This document shows, piece by piece, positions 1 through 10,486 of a DNA stretch of 64,000 bases. Each line of letters begins with the position of its first letter. The first letter of the stretch is position 1. Under the pieces are notes generated by a model that had not been told where the DNA came from, made no database searches, and saw nothing but the letters and a program-made list of their open reading frames with translations. Source of the stretch: Methanomassiliicoccaceae archaeon (GTDB lineage: Archaea; Thermoplasmatota; Thermoplasmata; Methanomassiliicoccales; Methanomassiliicoccaceae); NCBI GenBank assembly GCA_963728405.1, contig CAVSJV010000017.1:1-64000 (forward strand), read 5' to 3'. Position numbers and translations under genes: made by a program.

Positions 1-1266
1 CGCAAGCGAGTTCATGTACAGTAGCCGTCCGTTCAGGTCATAGAGCCCCATCCCAATGCCAGTATGCTCGAGGATGGCCCGGTTCATCTCCTCGCTCTTG
101 CGGAGAGCATCCTCGACCATCTTCCGTTCGGTGATGTCCTTGGAGATGCACGAGACCATCAGCGTGGTGCCATTCTCGTCCACTATCGGGTCGGCAATGG
201 TCAAGTAGTACCTCACCTCGCCGGTGTGGGTCACCACCTTGACCTCGATCTCCCCCCGCCCCTTGGTCTGGAAGACGCGGCGGACGAGCTTCAACCGCCT
301 CTCGGCCTCGTCGTAGGGGAAGAGAGCGTGGGGCGTCCTGCCGATGATATCCTCAGGGACCTTCCCGAACGGCCGAGCGAAGGCCTCGTTCACGAACCTA
401 TAGGTCTCATCTGGATTGAAGCTGAAGATGGGGTCGCTGGAGTACCGGATGAGGGTGCGGTAGTTCTCCTCCCGCTCTCGGAGCGCGGCCTCGGTCTGCT
501 TGGCCTCGGTGATGTCCTGATTGATCACGAACGCGCCGGTGATGCCCCCCGTATCATCCTTCAACGGGATGGCCCAGTTCAGCACGTGCTTGTGGGTGCC
601 GTCGAACGCCTCGATCTCCAGGAGCTCGTTCTCGGTGCTCTTGCCCTCGTTCACGGCATGGCCGAGGGCCCAGTCGCCCGCCTGGACCGGCTCGTGCGAC
701 GGGAGCCTCCACGCCTTGAACACACCATACTCCGCCTGACCCACATGCGGGTACGCCTCCCATATCCTCTGCCCGGCCGGGTTGCCGAGAATGAGCGTTC
801 CGTTCTTGTCAGCAAGCCACAGCCCGATGGGCAGGGACTCCAGCACTTGCCGGAAACGGCGCTCGCTCTCCTTCAGGGCCTCGTCGGTGCGGCGCCTCTC
901 CGCCGCCAGTTTGATCTTGTGGGCCAGCTCGGCAAACTGAGGGACCGGCGCTCCGCCCTTCTGCAGATAGAAGTCAGCGCCGCCGTTCAAGGCCTGTATG
1001 ACCACATCCTCGCGACCCCGGCCGGTGAAGAGGATGAACGGGGTGCGATCTCCCGAGGACCTTATCTCCTTCAAGAAGGCCAACCCGTCCATCCCCGGCA
1101 TCATGTAGTCCGAGATGATGACATCGATGCCGCCCTGGAGCACCCGCTGGAGGCCTTCCCGAGCGGTGGTGGCGGTCTCAAGGCCGATGTCCGTTGTCGC
1201 TTCCAGGAACTCCTTGGCTATGTCCAAGAGGGCCTCCTCATCGTCAACGTACAAGACCTTGATCAT
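1..1266 (-). CDS. Receiver (REC) + multiple PAS domain signalling protein, runs off the left edge
   Basis: Not in the ORF track. Hand translation from ATG 1266 gives MIKVLYVDDEEALLDIAKEFL...IISDYMMPGMDG...FILFTGRGREDVVIQALNGGADFYLQKG, the typical archaeal REC N-terminus, followed by PAS-like repeats (xNEAF/xNEAL). Confidence 0.9.
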   Translation of the reverse strand, partial: MIKVLYVDDEEALLDIAKEFLEATTDIGLETATTAREGLQRVLQGGIDVIISDYMMPGMDGLAFLKEIRSSGDRTPFILFTGRGREDVVIQALNGGADFYLQKGGAPVPQFAELAHKIKLAAERRRTDEALKESERRFRQVLESLPIGLWLADKNGTLILGNPAGQRIWEAYPHVGQAEYGVFKAWRLPSHEPVQAGDWALGHAVNEGKSTENELLEIEAFDGTHKHVLNWAIPLKDDTGGITGAFVINQDITEAKQTEAALREREENYRTLIRYSSDPIFSFNPDETYRFVNEAFARPFGKVPEDIIGRTPHALFPYDEAERRLKLVRRVFQTKGRGEIEVKVVTHTGEVRYYLTIADPIVDENGTTLMVSCISKDITERKMVEDALRKSEEMNRAILEHTGIGMGLYDLNGRLLYMNSLA

Positions 1267-1535
1267 TTCCCACTTACCGCTTCGAGAATGTCGTCCCCCT
1301 TATGAATCAGATGGATAATAGAACATAAATTGGATAATTATGGGGATGGATAATGGCCATACTGATCTGACGATCTCGGCCCCTAGGCCACAAGGTCCCT
1401 CGCATATTAGACCGCAGGCATCCCGATGCACCCGCTCGGACGAGGGGTCTCGGCAGGCCCGCGCGTTCTACCATGGCTCATAAGGGGGTTATGACCATGG
1501 TGCCGCGGGCCATCGCGCCAAGTTAGTTATTGTTA

Positions 1536-1844
1536 TCAGGCGGCCATGCCGTCCAACAATCCCTTCATGTCGGCCGGCAGTTCGTTCTTCTTGATGGCAT
1601 AGGCCGCACGTACGTATGGCATCGACTCGGCGGGCATGGAGCTGAGAGTGGCCTTGCCATTCTCCATCTTCACGTCCAGAGCGATCTGGTTTGCCAGCCA
1701 GGTATCGGAGCACAGGTCACGGGCGGTGTCGCGCAACATCTCCAATTGCTGTTGGTATTGCGAGGGTGCGGTCGAGTGCGCACTGTGTCCCTGTTCGTGG
1801 TCGCTCGGCGATCCACCGAGGGCCCTGCGGATCCTTTCGATCAT
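1536..1844 (-). CDS. Small hypothetical protein
   Basis: Part of ORF 1536..2069. Likely start ATG 1844 (MIERIRRALGG), with an AT-rich promoter-like stretch upstream. Confidence 0.5.
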   Translation of the reverse strand: MIERIRRALGGSPSDHEQGHSAHSTAPSQYQQQLEMLRDTARDLCSDTWLANQIALDVKMENGKATLSSMPAESMPYVRAAYAIKKNELPADMKGLLDGMAA

Positions 1845-2156
1845 TCCTACCTTTGCTTCCAGATTATCACCAGGCAGGGCCAGGGCGGCATGTATTATTA
1901 GTTTTGGGTTGCATCTCAAGAAAAAAAGCGAACGTTCGTCTTTTCGCGGCCAGAATGGGCCCAAATGCGCAGTGGGTCGGACGAGCTCGAACAGACCTAT
2001 GGCTGACCTGTAAAAAGTGGAGGTTTGTGTTCTACTCGAACGCGTTTGATGCACCAGGCCGATCATCACGAAAAGAACCTGATACCTCAGCAGCCCTTAG
2101 TAACAATGATGAACAGGGGCATCGCATATTGAACGATTCGTCGGAGGAGCACAGAA

Positions 2157-2598
2157 ATGGCCCATCGCGTAAAGCAAAACACCAACGGTCCCTCGTTCCA
2201 GGGTAAAAAGGGCAGTGGAAAGGCTGAGATCATTCTCGTGTACAACAGTCGATAGCGGGGTCCTCAACAGATTCAAGGACCTGCTGCACCGCACCTTAGC
2301 GCCTACCACCTACGAGTGCGGCCTGCGCGCGGTGACCTGCGGGGTCCTGGGCATCAGGCGGAGCTGGAAGGCCTACATCGCCGGCTCGGACATACCGATC
2401 ACCGTGCTCCGCCGCGACGATTTCAAGGAAGCATACCCCAAGGTCGATGCCGTATACCCCGCCGGGTTCATAAAGAGAGGAAAGAAGGTCGAGCAGTTCA
2501 TCCTCAGCCGGGAGATCGACCACTGCAAGGACATCAACTGTTTGGAGGACCTGATCAAGAAGAAGCTGGAAGCGGAGAAGAACAAAGGGGCCGCCTGA
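2157..2598 (+). CDS. Conserved hypothetical protein (IILVYN-DSG...TYECxL type), frameshift near 2247
   Basis: ATG 2157 follows a GGAGGAG RBS and reads ...AEIILVYN. The sequence continues in another frame as DSGVLNRFKDLLHRTLAPTTYECGL (ORF 2215..2598). Confidence 0.6.
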
Positions 2599-2649
2599 CC
2601 AGGGCCCTGTTCCAGATCGCTGCTTCATCTCAGCCACTAGCGATGGCAG

Positions 2650-3684
2650 CTAGCTTTTATCTATCAGGTCCCAGGTGTTCCCGAAGATCAGGTGTCGGAT
2701 GAATTCACTGGCCAGGAAGTCCTGGGGGAAGCCCAGGGCTATCTTACTGGCCTCGTTCAGGCGGGTCAGCTGCTCGTTGGTGAGCTGGAAGTCCAGACAC
2801 CCCAGGTCATCCCGTATCTGAGACTCGGACCTAGCCCCCAATATCGGCACGATGTCACCGCCCTGCTGTCGTATCCAGTCAATGGCGACCTGCGCGGGCG
2901 TCCGATCCGTATCCTGAGCGACCTGGATGACCTCCCCGGCGATCTGCCGGTTCCGATCGTTCAGGAACCGCGACCCCGCCGGGGTCTGGGTCAGGCGGGT
3001 GCCCTTGACCCCCGCACCCACGTTATATTTCCCGGTGAGGACGCCCGCGCCCAGGGGGGACCAGGGAGTGACGGTGAGGCCCAGGGAGCGGGCCATGGGC
3101 AACAGCTCTCTCTCGGGCGTTCGCTCCACCAGGCTGTACTCGATCTGCAGGCCGGAGAACTCCGTCCATCCTTTCGCTTCGGCCAGGGTGTTCGCCCGGG
3201 AGACCACCCAGGCGGGAGCGTCGGAGATGCCGAGATAAAGCACCCGGCCGGAGCGGACCACATCGTCCAGCGCCCTCATCATCTCCTCGACCGGGGTGAT
3301 GGAATCCCAGGCGTGGACCCAATAGATATCGAGGTGGTCCGTCCCTAGGCGTTCCAGGCTTCCTTCGAGCGCCTGGAGCAGGCTCTTGCGGTGGTTCCCC
3401 CCGCTGTTGGGATCGTCCGGCCGGTCGTTCAGCGAGTACTTGGTGGCAATGACGAAGCGGTCCCGGTCGCCGGCGATCAGCTCCCCCAGGATCTTCTCGC
3501 TGGACCCGTTCGTATAGTGATTGGCGGTGTCGATGAAGTTGCCGCCCCGCTCCACGAAGGCGTTGAAGATCCGCCTGCACTCCTCCCTGGGCGCTCCCCA
3601 CCCCCAGTCAGTACCAAAGGTCATAGTGCCCAGGCACAGTTCGGAGACCCTCAGCCCGCTCCTCCCGAACAACTTGTACCGCAT
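2650..3684 (-). CDS. Aldo/keto reductase
   Basis: Motifs MRYKLFGRSGLRVSELCLGTMTFG, GGNFIDTANHY, IATKY, SLERLGTDHLDIYWVH and PWSPLGAG. Confidence 0.95.
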   Translation of the reverse strand: MRYKLFGRSGLRVSELCLGTMTFGTDWGWGAPREECRRIFNAFVERGGNFIDTANHYTNGSSEKILGELIAGDRDRFVIATKYSLNDRPDDPNSGGNHRKSLLQALEGSLERLGTDHLDIYWVHAWDSITPVEEMMRALDDVVRSGRVLYLGISDAPAWVVSRANTLAEAKGWTEFSGLQIEYSLVERTPERELLPMARSLGLTVTPWSPLGAGVLTGKYNVGAGVKGTRLTQTPAGSRFLNDRNRQIAGEVIQVAQDTDRTPAQVAIDWIRQQGGDIVPILGARSESQIRDDLGCLDFQLTNEQLTRLNEASKIALGFPQDFLASEFIRHLIFGNTWDLIDKS

Positions 3685-3799
3685 TATCCGTCCCACCGGA
3701 TTAGTGACAAGGACATGCATATGAAGGACATGGTCGATGACTGCCTGAGGAGCGATCTAGGCGGAGCCATTATCCTACGCTGATCACGTTATTTGGGTC

Positions 3800-4309
3800 A
3801 TGGCGAGCATGGGCCGCATTGCGTGGCCGAAAAGTTACGATCCCAAGAACGCTCCGGTCTACGTCTGGAACGAACTTGCCATCCCCGCCCCGCCGGAGCA
3901 GGTGTGGGCCTGGCTAGTGCGGGCCCAGCAATGGCCTGCTTGGTATCCTAATTCGGCCGATGTGCTCTTCATCACCGGCTCGTTCCCGGACCTGGACATT
4001 GGTACGAAGTTCCGATGGCGGACCTTCGGCGTGCGTCTGGAGTCGACCGTCACGGAGTTCGTCCCCCCCGAACGACTGGCCTGGGACGCCCACGGGTCGG
4101 GGATCGATGCCTACCATGTCTGGCTTCTGGAACGGACCAAAGGCGGTTGCCACATGGTGACCGGGGAGACCCAGAGAGGGTGGCTGGCCCGTCTCCAGAA
4201 TATGTTCTTGCCGACCCGGATGTATAAACAACATCAGATCTGGCTCGAACGATTGCGCGACCAAGCAATGCGAGGGTGGCCCGACGCGGTCCCGGTCGGC
4301 CCCCTTTGA
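3800..4309 (+). CDS. SRPBCC (START-like/polyketide cyclase) family protein
   Basis: IPAPPEQVWAWL..WPAW, GTKFRW, VTEFVPPERLAW. Confidence 0.85.
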   Translation: MASMGRIAWPKSYDPKNAPVYVWNELAIPAPPEQVWAWLVRAQQWPAWYPNSADVLFITGSFPDLDIGTKFRWRTFGVRLESTVTEFVPPERLAWDAHGSGIDAYHVWLLERTKGGCHMVTGETQRGWLARLQNMFLPTRMYKQHQIWLERLRDQAMRGWPDAVPVGPL

Positions 4310-4430
4310 TCGATCCGCTCCCTGTGGCCGATCGGAAGCGAACGACCCGGCCGCGTGCATCAAGCGATATAACCTCAGCCCACATGCCCGATGGGGCGAG
4401 CCGATCTCTCCCATAAAGAGCCTCATCGTC

Positions 4431-4961
4431 TCAGGTTAGGGTTATCACCACATTACTCGGATTGACCACAAATCCAGGAGGGGTCTGGACCACGACCGGA
4501 ACGGTCACGGTCTCGCCCGGGGCGATGGTGACGGCCGTGGAGTTCGTGAGAACCACATTGTTCGTGGGCGTCTCCCGGCTGGGGTAGGGCTGGTTCGGTG
4601 TCGCAACTCCCGGGGTCTGGCTTACCGCGACGTTGAGGTCCCGGAACAAGCTGGAATCGCCAGTGTTGGTCACGGTGACGAAGAAGGTCGTCTCGCCCGA
4701 GGTGGCGTTCTGATCGAATGTGAAAGTGTCCACCTTGAGGTCTTGGGCGGTCCGGTTAGAGGTCGCCGTCGGTTGAGGATACGTTCCCCCGCCAGACGGA
4801 GTGTTGGCGCCCCCATTGTTGGGCGAGTTGGTCGTCAGAAAGGCTAAAGCGACCACGATGAGGACGATGGCGACCACCGCGACCAGTACGATATAGACGA
4901 TGGTCCTCTCTCGACTGATCTTTGATGGAATGAGCTTCCTGCCCTTGCCCTGGTCCGCCAT
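4431..4961 (-). CDS. Membrane-anchored hypothetical protein with an Ig-like/CARDB-like external domain
   Basis: N-terminal TM helix; Thr/Asn-rich; VTVTNTG and IAPGETVTV beta motifs. Confidence 0.65.
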   Translation of the reverse strand: MADQGKGRKLIPSKISRERTIVYIVLVAVVAIVLIVVALAFLTTNSPNNGGANTPSGGGTYPQPTATSNRTAQDLKVDTFTFDQNATSGETTFFVTVTNTGDSSLFRDLNVAVSQTPGVATPNQPYPSRETPTNNVVLTNSTAVTIAPGETVTVPVVVQTPPGFVVNPSNVVITLT

Positions 4962-5214
4962 TTCAACCGCTCATTCTTCCTCAATGGCAGTATATGATAC
5001 ATGGCTGGGGGAACGTGTAAAAAAGCACTGGAAATCTAATGAACGAGCGCTACGGTCGAGGCAATATCCATCCTAAATGCGGCCCCATCGAGGTCTTATT
5101 CGTCATAGGCCACAGGTTCGACGAAGAGCTGCGAGGAGCGGCTGATCGGTTTAAACCCCTTCTGAATATTTTTCTTGCAAAGCCGTGAAATACACCTCTG
5201 CTATTGAGTGGTTC

Positions 5215-5999
5215 ATGCCAGGAAAGCCCATCATCGAAATGCACAAGGCCTCGATCACCAAGGGATGTTCGACCATCCTGAGGGACGTGGACCTGCGCAT
5301 CGATCATGGAGAGAGGATCGCCGTCCTCGGCCCCAATGGCTCCGGGAAGTCCTCGCTCATCAAGACCATGACCGGAGAGAACCGCTACGACACTTCGGTC
5401 GATGGAGCTTCGTCCGCATCCGGGGGGAGGAGTGCTGGGACCTGTTCGACGTCCGCAAGGCGTTCGGCGTGGTGTCGGGCGAACTGCAGCACACCTTCAC
5501 CAGGGACATGAGCGGCCTGGAAGCAGTGCTATCGGGCTTCTTCGGCTCGGTGGGAACGAACCGCTCCCAGGGCATCGACGTGGAGATGGAACAGAGGGCG
5601 ATGAATGCGCTTGCCCAGGTGCGATCGGAGCATCTGGCCCGGAGGAAGGTCCACACCCTGTCGATGGGTGAGTCCCGCCGGGTGCTCATGGCCCGAGCGT
5701 TGGTCAACGGGCCGGAAGCGCTCGTACTCGACGAGCCGATGACCTCGCTGGACCTGACGGGCAAATACCTGGTCCGGGAGGCGATGCGATCGCTGGCCCA
5801 GAGCGGCAGGACCCTCGTCCTGGTTACGCACGATCCCTCGGACCTTATCCCGGAGATGGAACGGATCATCATGATGAAGGATGGCCGGGTGTTCAGCGAC
5901 GGGGGCATGGACACGCTGACCGAGGATAATCTCTCCGAGCTGTTCGACGTGCCGGTGAGGTTGACAAAGATCGACGGCAGATCCTTCGCCTGGTCGTAG
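5215..5999 (+). CDS. ABC transporter ATP-binding protein (ModF-like), frameshift near 5400
   Basis: Walker A GPNGSGKS lies in ORF 5185..5511. Signature LSMGE and Walker B LVLDEP plus the H-loop lie in ORF 5208..5999. Confidence 0.88.
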
Positions 6000-6147
6000 A
6001 GCTGAACAGCACAACGATCAAAGCAAGGAGCTGCAGACCACTCGATGACACTTACGGCGCTAGCTCAGGAACAACAAATGCTCTGGAATGAGAACTTAAC
6101 AAAAAATGGGTCTAATGGGTTTAAGAAAAAGGTTTATAAAAACAGGT

Positions 6148-6318
6148 TTAGAACCTGTCCTTGGGCTTGTGCTTCTGGAAGCAGTCCCTGCAGTAAACCG
6201 GCCTTCCCTCGGTCGGCTTGAACGGTACCTGGGTCTGAGCTCCACAGTCGGAGCACTTTACGTCATGCATTTCACGGGGTTCGCGGCTGTAGCCGCCCTG
6301 TCTCTTGTTTCCGTACAT
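6148..6318 (-). CDS. CxxC-x17-CxxC domain small Zn-binding protein (56 aa)
   Basis: Below the ORF-track size cutoff. Hand translation: MYGNKRQGGYSREPREMHDVKCSDCGAQTQVPFKPTEGRPVYCRDCFQKHKPKDRF*. Followed by a T-rich tract on the minus strand. Confidence 0.92.
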   Translation of the reverse strand: MYGNKRQGGYSREPREMHDVKCSDCGAQTQVPFKPTEGRPVYCRDCFQKHKPKDRF

Positions 6319-6562
6319 TACTAATCTACCTACTCGCCCTACGCACCCTTGCGGATGATTTCAGACAGTTCTGCCCAAGGCAGACCTACTATTTAATTTA
6401 GTGCCTAAAGGCAACAAATGGCTCCCCATCCTTACCGACCCACCGGGTCGATCGTCCCACATTCTAGGGCCTTTTTCACATCGACCCTTGCCTAGGCCAT
6501 TCTCTCCGCCCCTCGGTGCTAGGAGTTCCCTTTATACAGACGTATACTGTTTCCCGATTTCA

Positions 6563-7990
6563 ATGAAGCTCAGCTCTGGCATGTCCAATAGGGCCCTGGC
6601 GACGGCGATCGCCCTCATGATAGTATGCACATCGTTCGTTGTGATCGTAACGGCTCCCAGTTCGCAGGCGGCCTTCCCCGCCATGAACGAAGGGGACAAG
6701 TGGGCGTTGAAGGGCGAGAGGGACCTAACGCTCTCCTACTCGACGATCAATGACCTGTTCTCCATTGGAAGCGAGGAAAACTGGCTCCGCAACGCGTCCC
6801 TCAAGGGGGCCGGGTTCAGCGGCAATGTCGGATCGGCCGCAGTGTTCGAGGTCGTGGACGTGACGGCGTCCGAGTACGTGATCAAGATGACTGCGGCCCA
6901 GAACCTGTCGCTCGCGGCCATGCTGTCGATCGAGGGCGAGATGGCCCTACCGGGCCTGTACATCAGCGACTGGTACACGACCTCCCTTAACCCCGACAAC
7001 CTGAAGAACCTCAGCGAGGCCGCCACCATGAAAGGGCCGTTCGGCGTCGACGCCGAGCTGGTCCTCGGGGCGAATGAGACGGTGACCTTCCACGTGCAGA
7101 AGAGCACCATGGCCGTCAAGACGGTGGAAATGGACCTGACCGCCTACGCCCGCGGCCACATCGTCGTGAACAATTTCCCGAACATCACTGACTCCATTTG
7201 GGATTCGACCAACAATCGCTACCTGATGAACATAACCTCGTATGAGTCGTTCGATAGCAACATCTCGCTCGACCTGAGCCTCTCGGCGGCCGCCGAGTTC
7301 GATCCCTATCTGGAGATCATCACGGACTCCCCGAGCGAGGGGAGCACCTGGACCCAGGACACCTATGTCAACGGGACCATGAACTGGAACGGCGTGTTCG
7401 ATGTGACCGGTCTCCCGACCAACATCACCGACATGCTGTTCGGCGCTGACCTGGCCGATTGGGGCATCACCGGATTCCCGATCGACCTCGCCACCATCTA
7501 CAACCCGGACAGCTCTGGACCACAGATCAACAACGGGACGCTGGAGATCGATACCGCAATGATCGACCCCACTTTCGCCAACGCCAGGAACGACACGGTG
7601 GAGGGAACGGCCTTCGGCGCCATCTTCGTCAACGAGATGGCCATCGCTCTGGACGGCTCGTCCGATCACCTCACCTTCCTCTATTATCCGGAGAAGGGGT
7701 ATATCGTGGGTACCAAGGTCATGCTCCCCATAATGGATGGCATGAGCTTGACGCTGACCATGGACTCGGTGCCAGTCAGCGAGGCCCAGGATATGGTAGG
7801 GAGCATCGCCGACCAGGTCAAGAAGGACGCTCCCTTTGACGCGGTGAACGCTGGCACCGTTGCTGCCGCGGGGTTCGTTTTCCCCATGGACCTGCTCATC
7901 ATCCTGCTAGTGGTCGTCACTTCGCTGGTAGTGATGCTCGGCTATGTGTACGTCAAGGTCTACATGAGGAAGCCCCAGGACAAGGCGTAG
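6563..7990 (+). CDS. Secreted/surface protein with C-terminal membrane anchor
   Basis: Signal peptide, acidic beta-rich body with many N-x-S/T sequons, C-terminal TM helix and basic tail. Confidence 0.75.
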   Translation: MKLSSGMSNRALATAIALMIVCTSFVVIVTAPSSQAAFPAMNEGDKWALKGERDLTLSYSTINDLFSIGSEENWLRNASLKGAGFSGNVGSAAVFEVVDVTASEYVIKMTAAQNLSLAAMLSIEGEMALPGLYISDWYTTSLNPDNLKNLSEAATMKGPFGVDAELVLGANETVTFHVQKSTMAVKTVEMDLTAYARGHIVVNNFPNITDSIWDSTNNRYLMNITSYESFDSNISLDLSLSAAAEFDPYLEIITDSPSEGSTWTQDTYVNGTMNWNGVFDVTGLPTNITDMLFGADLADWGITGFPIDLATIYNPDSSGPQINNGTLEIDTAMIDPTFANARNDTVEGTAFGAIFVNEMAIALDGSSDHLTFLYYPEKGYIVGTKVMLPIMDGMSLTLTMDSVPVSEAQDMVGSIADQVKKDAPFDAVNAGTVAAAGFVFPMDLLIILLVVVTSLVVMLGYVYVKVYMRKPQDKA

Positions 7991-8481
7991 GCCCTTTCGA
8001 TAGAACGTAGGTCCAAGCAGACCTCCTCTTCCCATAGCTCATTTTTTAACGGCCGACCACCCCGAGAGCGTATCGACGAGCATCCGGGCTCTCACAGCAG
8101 GTCAATTCTTCGACCAACGGCCGCTAGATGACGGAGAACTAGCCTCTACCTCGCGGCCAATTTCCTCTCAAGTTTTTCCCTTCGATCGCAGCCTAAATGC
8201 CATAAACGACATAACCTGATCGGACGCTCTGTTCGGTTACAGGACGGACCAGTGTCTCGACCGGCCTTAGGTCTGAGAATGCAGACCTTGGCCCTCGCTC
8301 TTTAACTAACTCTCTTCCCCCCCCCTATTTTTTTCATAACTGGCCCTGTCGAGATAAAACATGAAGTTTGTCAACCTGTTTGATCTGAAAGAAAATCGAT
8401 AGCATCCGAGCACCTTCCACATCGCTGAAGGTCTGTTGCACATAATGAAAAAATATGAGGAAAAGATTATCTTTGCTTTTT

Positions 8482-8955
8482 TTACTTCTTCCGCCTTCGC
8501 ATATACACGAATATTAGTAACGCTGTAGCCAGCAGTCCTACGATGACTATGACTGCATACGACATCACGCTCGAGCTTTCGTTCGACGCAAAGGTCTCCA
8601 CGTTGCCCATGCCCAGACCGGAGTCGCCGACATTAATAATCATGTCCCGTGTTTCAATTCCCGGCCCACTGAAAGTCAAGGTGTGTTCTCCGGGAGAGGA
8701 CATCATGACGAAGTTGCCTTGAGCCCCCGTTGTTACTGAGGATTCGTTCTCCAATTTTACAGTAATTCCAGCTAGTCCGTTTCCGTTGGAGTCCAGAACT
8801 TTCCCACTGACGGGAACAGTAACATCGCTTATTTCGGCACTGGTAGTACCTACGATCAATGCCATCATTGACGATATTAACAATAAGATTACGATTGTCG
8901 AACCTATCGCTCGGATATTCTGTTTCTTCCACATACGATCTTCACACCTTATCAT
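8482..8955 (-). CDS. Carboxypeptidase-regulatory-like (prealbumin fold) domain membrane-anchored protein
   Basis: Signal peptide, VSGKVLDSNGNGLAGITVKL..TTGAQGNF..PGEHTLTF, then a TM helix and RRRKK. Confidence 0.8.
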   Translation of the reverse strand: MIRCEDRMWKKQNIRAIGSTIVILLLISSMMALIVGTTSAEISDVTVPVSGKVLDSNGNGLAGITVKLENESSVTTGAQGNFVMMSSPGEHTLTFSGPGIETRDMIINVGDSGLGMGNVETFASNESSSVMSYAVIVIVGLLATALLIFVYMRRRKK

Positions 8956-8964
8956 AATTGCCGA

Positions 8965-9480
8965 TCATTTTCGAGATCGGCCATGGACAACAATCGTGCC
9001 ACATAATAAACTAACAGGCATAGAAAAACCGGTTGGGTGGTAGTGCCCATAGTTCGACCAGCTTTGAGCATTCCTTGCTAGGGAATGTATGCCGAGGGTG
9101 GGGCGGGGGATGAGTCCGGCCTCTTTGACGATCAATAGATTAGGTTCTATCTCCGAGGCGTTCCCCAGGAAGGCGTTGATGAAGACGTGATTACGCCCAC
9201 CTGGCAGGACCGCCCTGGTCGAACCGTCCTTGCCGAGGCGGTCCATGACCTTGGTGGCGAGAGGCGCTTCCGTTCTTCTGAAGGTCATAACCGACAGACC
9301 GTTGACCACAGTGATGTCGATCTCCGCAACGAAGGCCCTGATCACTCCCTGACCCATCAGCTCCTGGACGCGCTTATGGACGGCCGGCACGGAGATGCCG
9401 AGGACCTTTGCCAGCTCCTGATATGATGTCCTAGAGTTCTTGATAAGCTCTTTGCACAATACTACGTCGGCCCGGCCCAT
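8965..9480 (-). CDS. Lrp/AsnC-family winged-helix regulator, C-terminus possibly truncated
   Basis: DVVLCKELIKNSRTSYQELAKVLGISVPAVHKRVQELMGQGVI. The C-terminal part runs into AT-rich, unrelated-looking sequence. Confidence 0.75.
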   Translation of the reverse strand: MGRADVVLCKELIKNSRTSYQELAKVLGISVPAVHKRVQELMGQGVIRAFVAEIDITVVNGLSVMTFRRTEAPLATKVMDRLGKDGSTRAVLPGGRNHVFINAFLGNASEIEPNLLIVKEAGLIPRPTLGIHSLARNAQSWSNYGHYHPTGFSMPVSLLCGTIVVHGRSRK

Positions 9481-9611
9481 GGTAAAGCCATCATGGTTCT
9501 GGGACATTACAAATAATTGCCCCGCTGAGGTCACCATCGATCGATGGAGAGAGGGCCATTTGGCCGAAAGTACCATATCGTAGGCCGTGGCACGTCCTTA
9601 TTGCGATTTAT

Positions 9612-10025
9612 ATGGTCAACATCCCTGAGGAGGTCCTTAAGATCGTCAATGAGATTGGGGCGGTCAAGACCCTAGCCACCATGTTCCCTGGCGAGAGAAG
9701 GCTGCATACCATCCAAATGGGCAGTTTAACGGCCGTGAGCGCCGACCGCCTCATCTTCGGGCGGGTGCTGACCAGGAGGTCCCACGCCAACCTCGTGGAG
9801 ATGAAAGAGAACAGCGAACTGGCCTCCGTGCTCGTTAACTTCGAGAAACGGTCCTACGAGATCATGGCCAAGCCCCTGGAATATGCTGAATCCGGAGATG
9901 TGCTGGACAAGATCAACGATATCCTGAAGCCCATAGGCGTAAAGGCGTTCGGGGTTTGGACTCTGGAGCCGGTCGAAGTGTGGAACCAGTGCCCTGGTCC
10001 GTGGGCGGGCAACAAGATGGCCTGA
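9612..10025 (+). CDS. Pyridoxamine 5'-phosphate oxidase-like FMN-binding protein
   Basis: IPEEVLKIVN..VKTLAT...SHANL...SYEI; size and pattern fit archaeal split-barrel flavoproteins. Confidence 0.7.
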   Translation: MVNIPEEVLKIVNEIGAVKTLATMFPGERRLHTIQMGSLTAVSADRLIFGRVLTRRSHANLVEMKENSELASVLVNFEKRSYEIMAKPLEYAESGDVLDKINDILKPIGVKAFGVWTLEPVEVWNQCPGPWAGNKMA

Positions 10026-10121
10026 GACATCCCGAGATCTCAGAACGCTCTGTCGGATAGGCGGCCATAGGGCGCATGATAACGCTTTATCAAAGGAAGA
10101 CCATCTCCGGCTAGGCTCTAC

Positions 10122-10451
10122 ATGACCTCCAAGGTGCGCGTGGACATGACCATCTGCGACCACAAGACGTTGATCGAAGCCGACGCTCAGGAGGATGGAA
10201 CGGTCAAGGTGCGCATTCGGTCCACCTGCCGGGACGTGCGGGACTTCGCCAAGGGTCTGGGGCCCATCGGCCCGGAGGACTACACATCCTTGCAGAACTC
10301 CAAGATAATGGACCTGGCCGCCCATTCTCGGCTGACCCCGACCTGCCTGGTCCCCACCGCCATCTTCAACGTGGTATGGATGGAGGTGGGCATGATCTCC
10401 AAGCGGCACGCCCTCAAGGAGAAGAGCATTTGCATCCACTTCGAGGAGTAG
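10122..10451 (+). CDS. Small Cys-containing conserved protein (DUF6951-like)
   Basis: TICDHKTLIEA, IRSTC, TCLVPTAI, SICIHF. Confidence 0.65.
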   Translation: MTSKVRVDMTICDHKTLIEADAQEDGTVKVRIRSTCRDVRDFAKGLGPIGPEDYTSLQNSKIMDLAAHSRLTPTCLVPTAIFNVVWMEVGMISKRHALKEKSICIHFEE

Positions 10452-10486
10452 CCCATTACCGAGAACTCGTCCAGCTCCAGCCCATA

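Noticed and set aside
64-1305. 413-aa plus-strand ORF, and similar long antisense ORFs (20412..21470, 50533..51507, 61087..62091, 63353..63988)
   Set aside because: Shadow frames of clear genes on the opposite strand in GC-rich DNA; they carry no motifs.
5997-5999. Terminal TAG codons (also 7988, 10449, 24963, 43875) as pyrrolysine read-through
   Set aside because: The proteins appear complete at these positions, so these are ordinary stops.
7991-8480. ~490-nt intergenic region as a candidate ncRNA
   Set aside because: It lies between convergent genes and has T-tracts, but I saw no tRNA or other recognisable structure. An Rfam/Infernal search would be needed.
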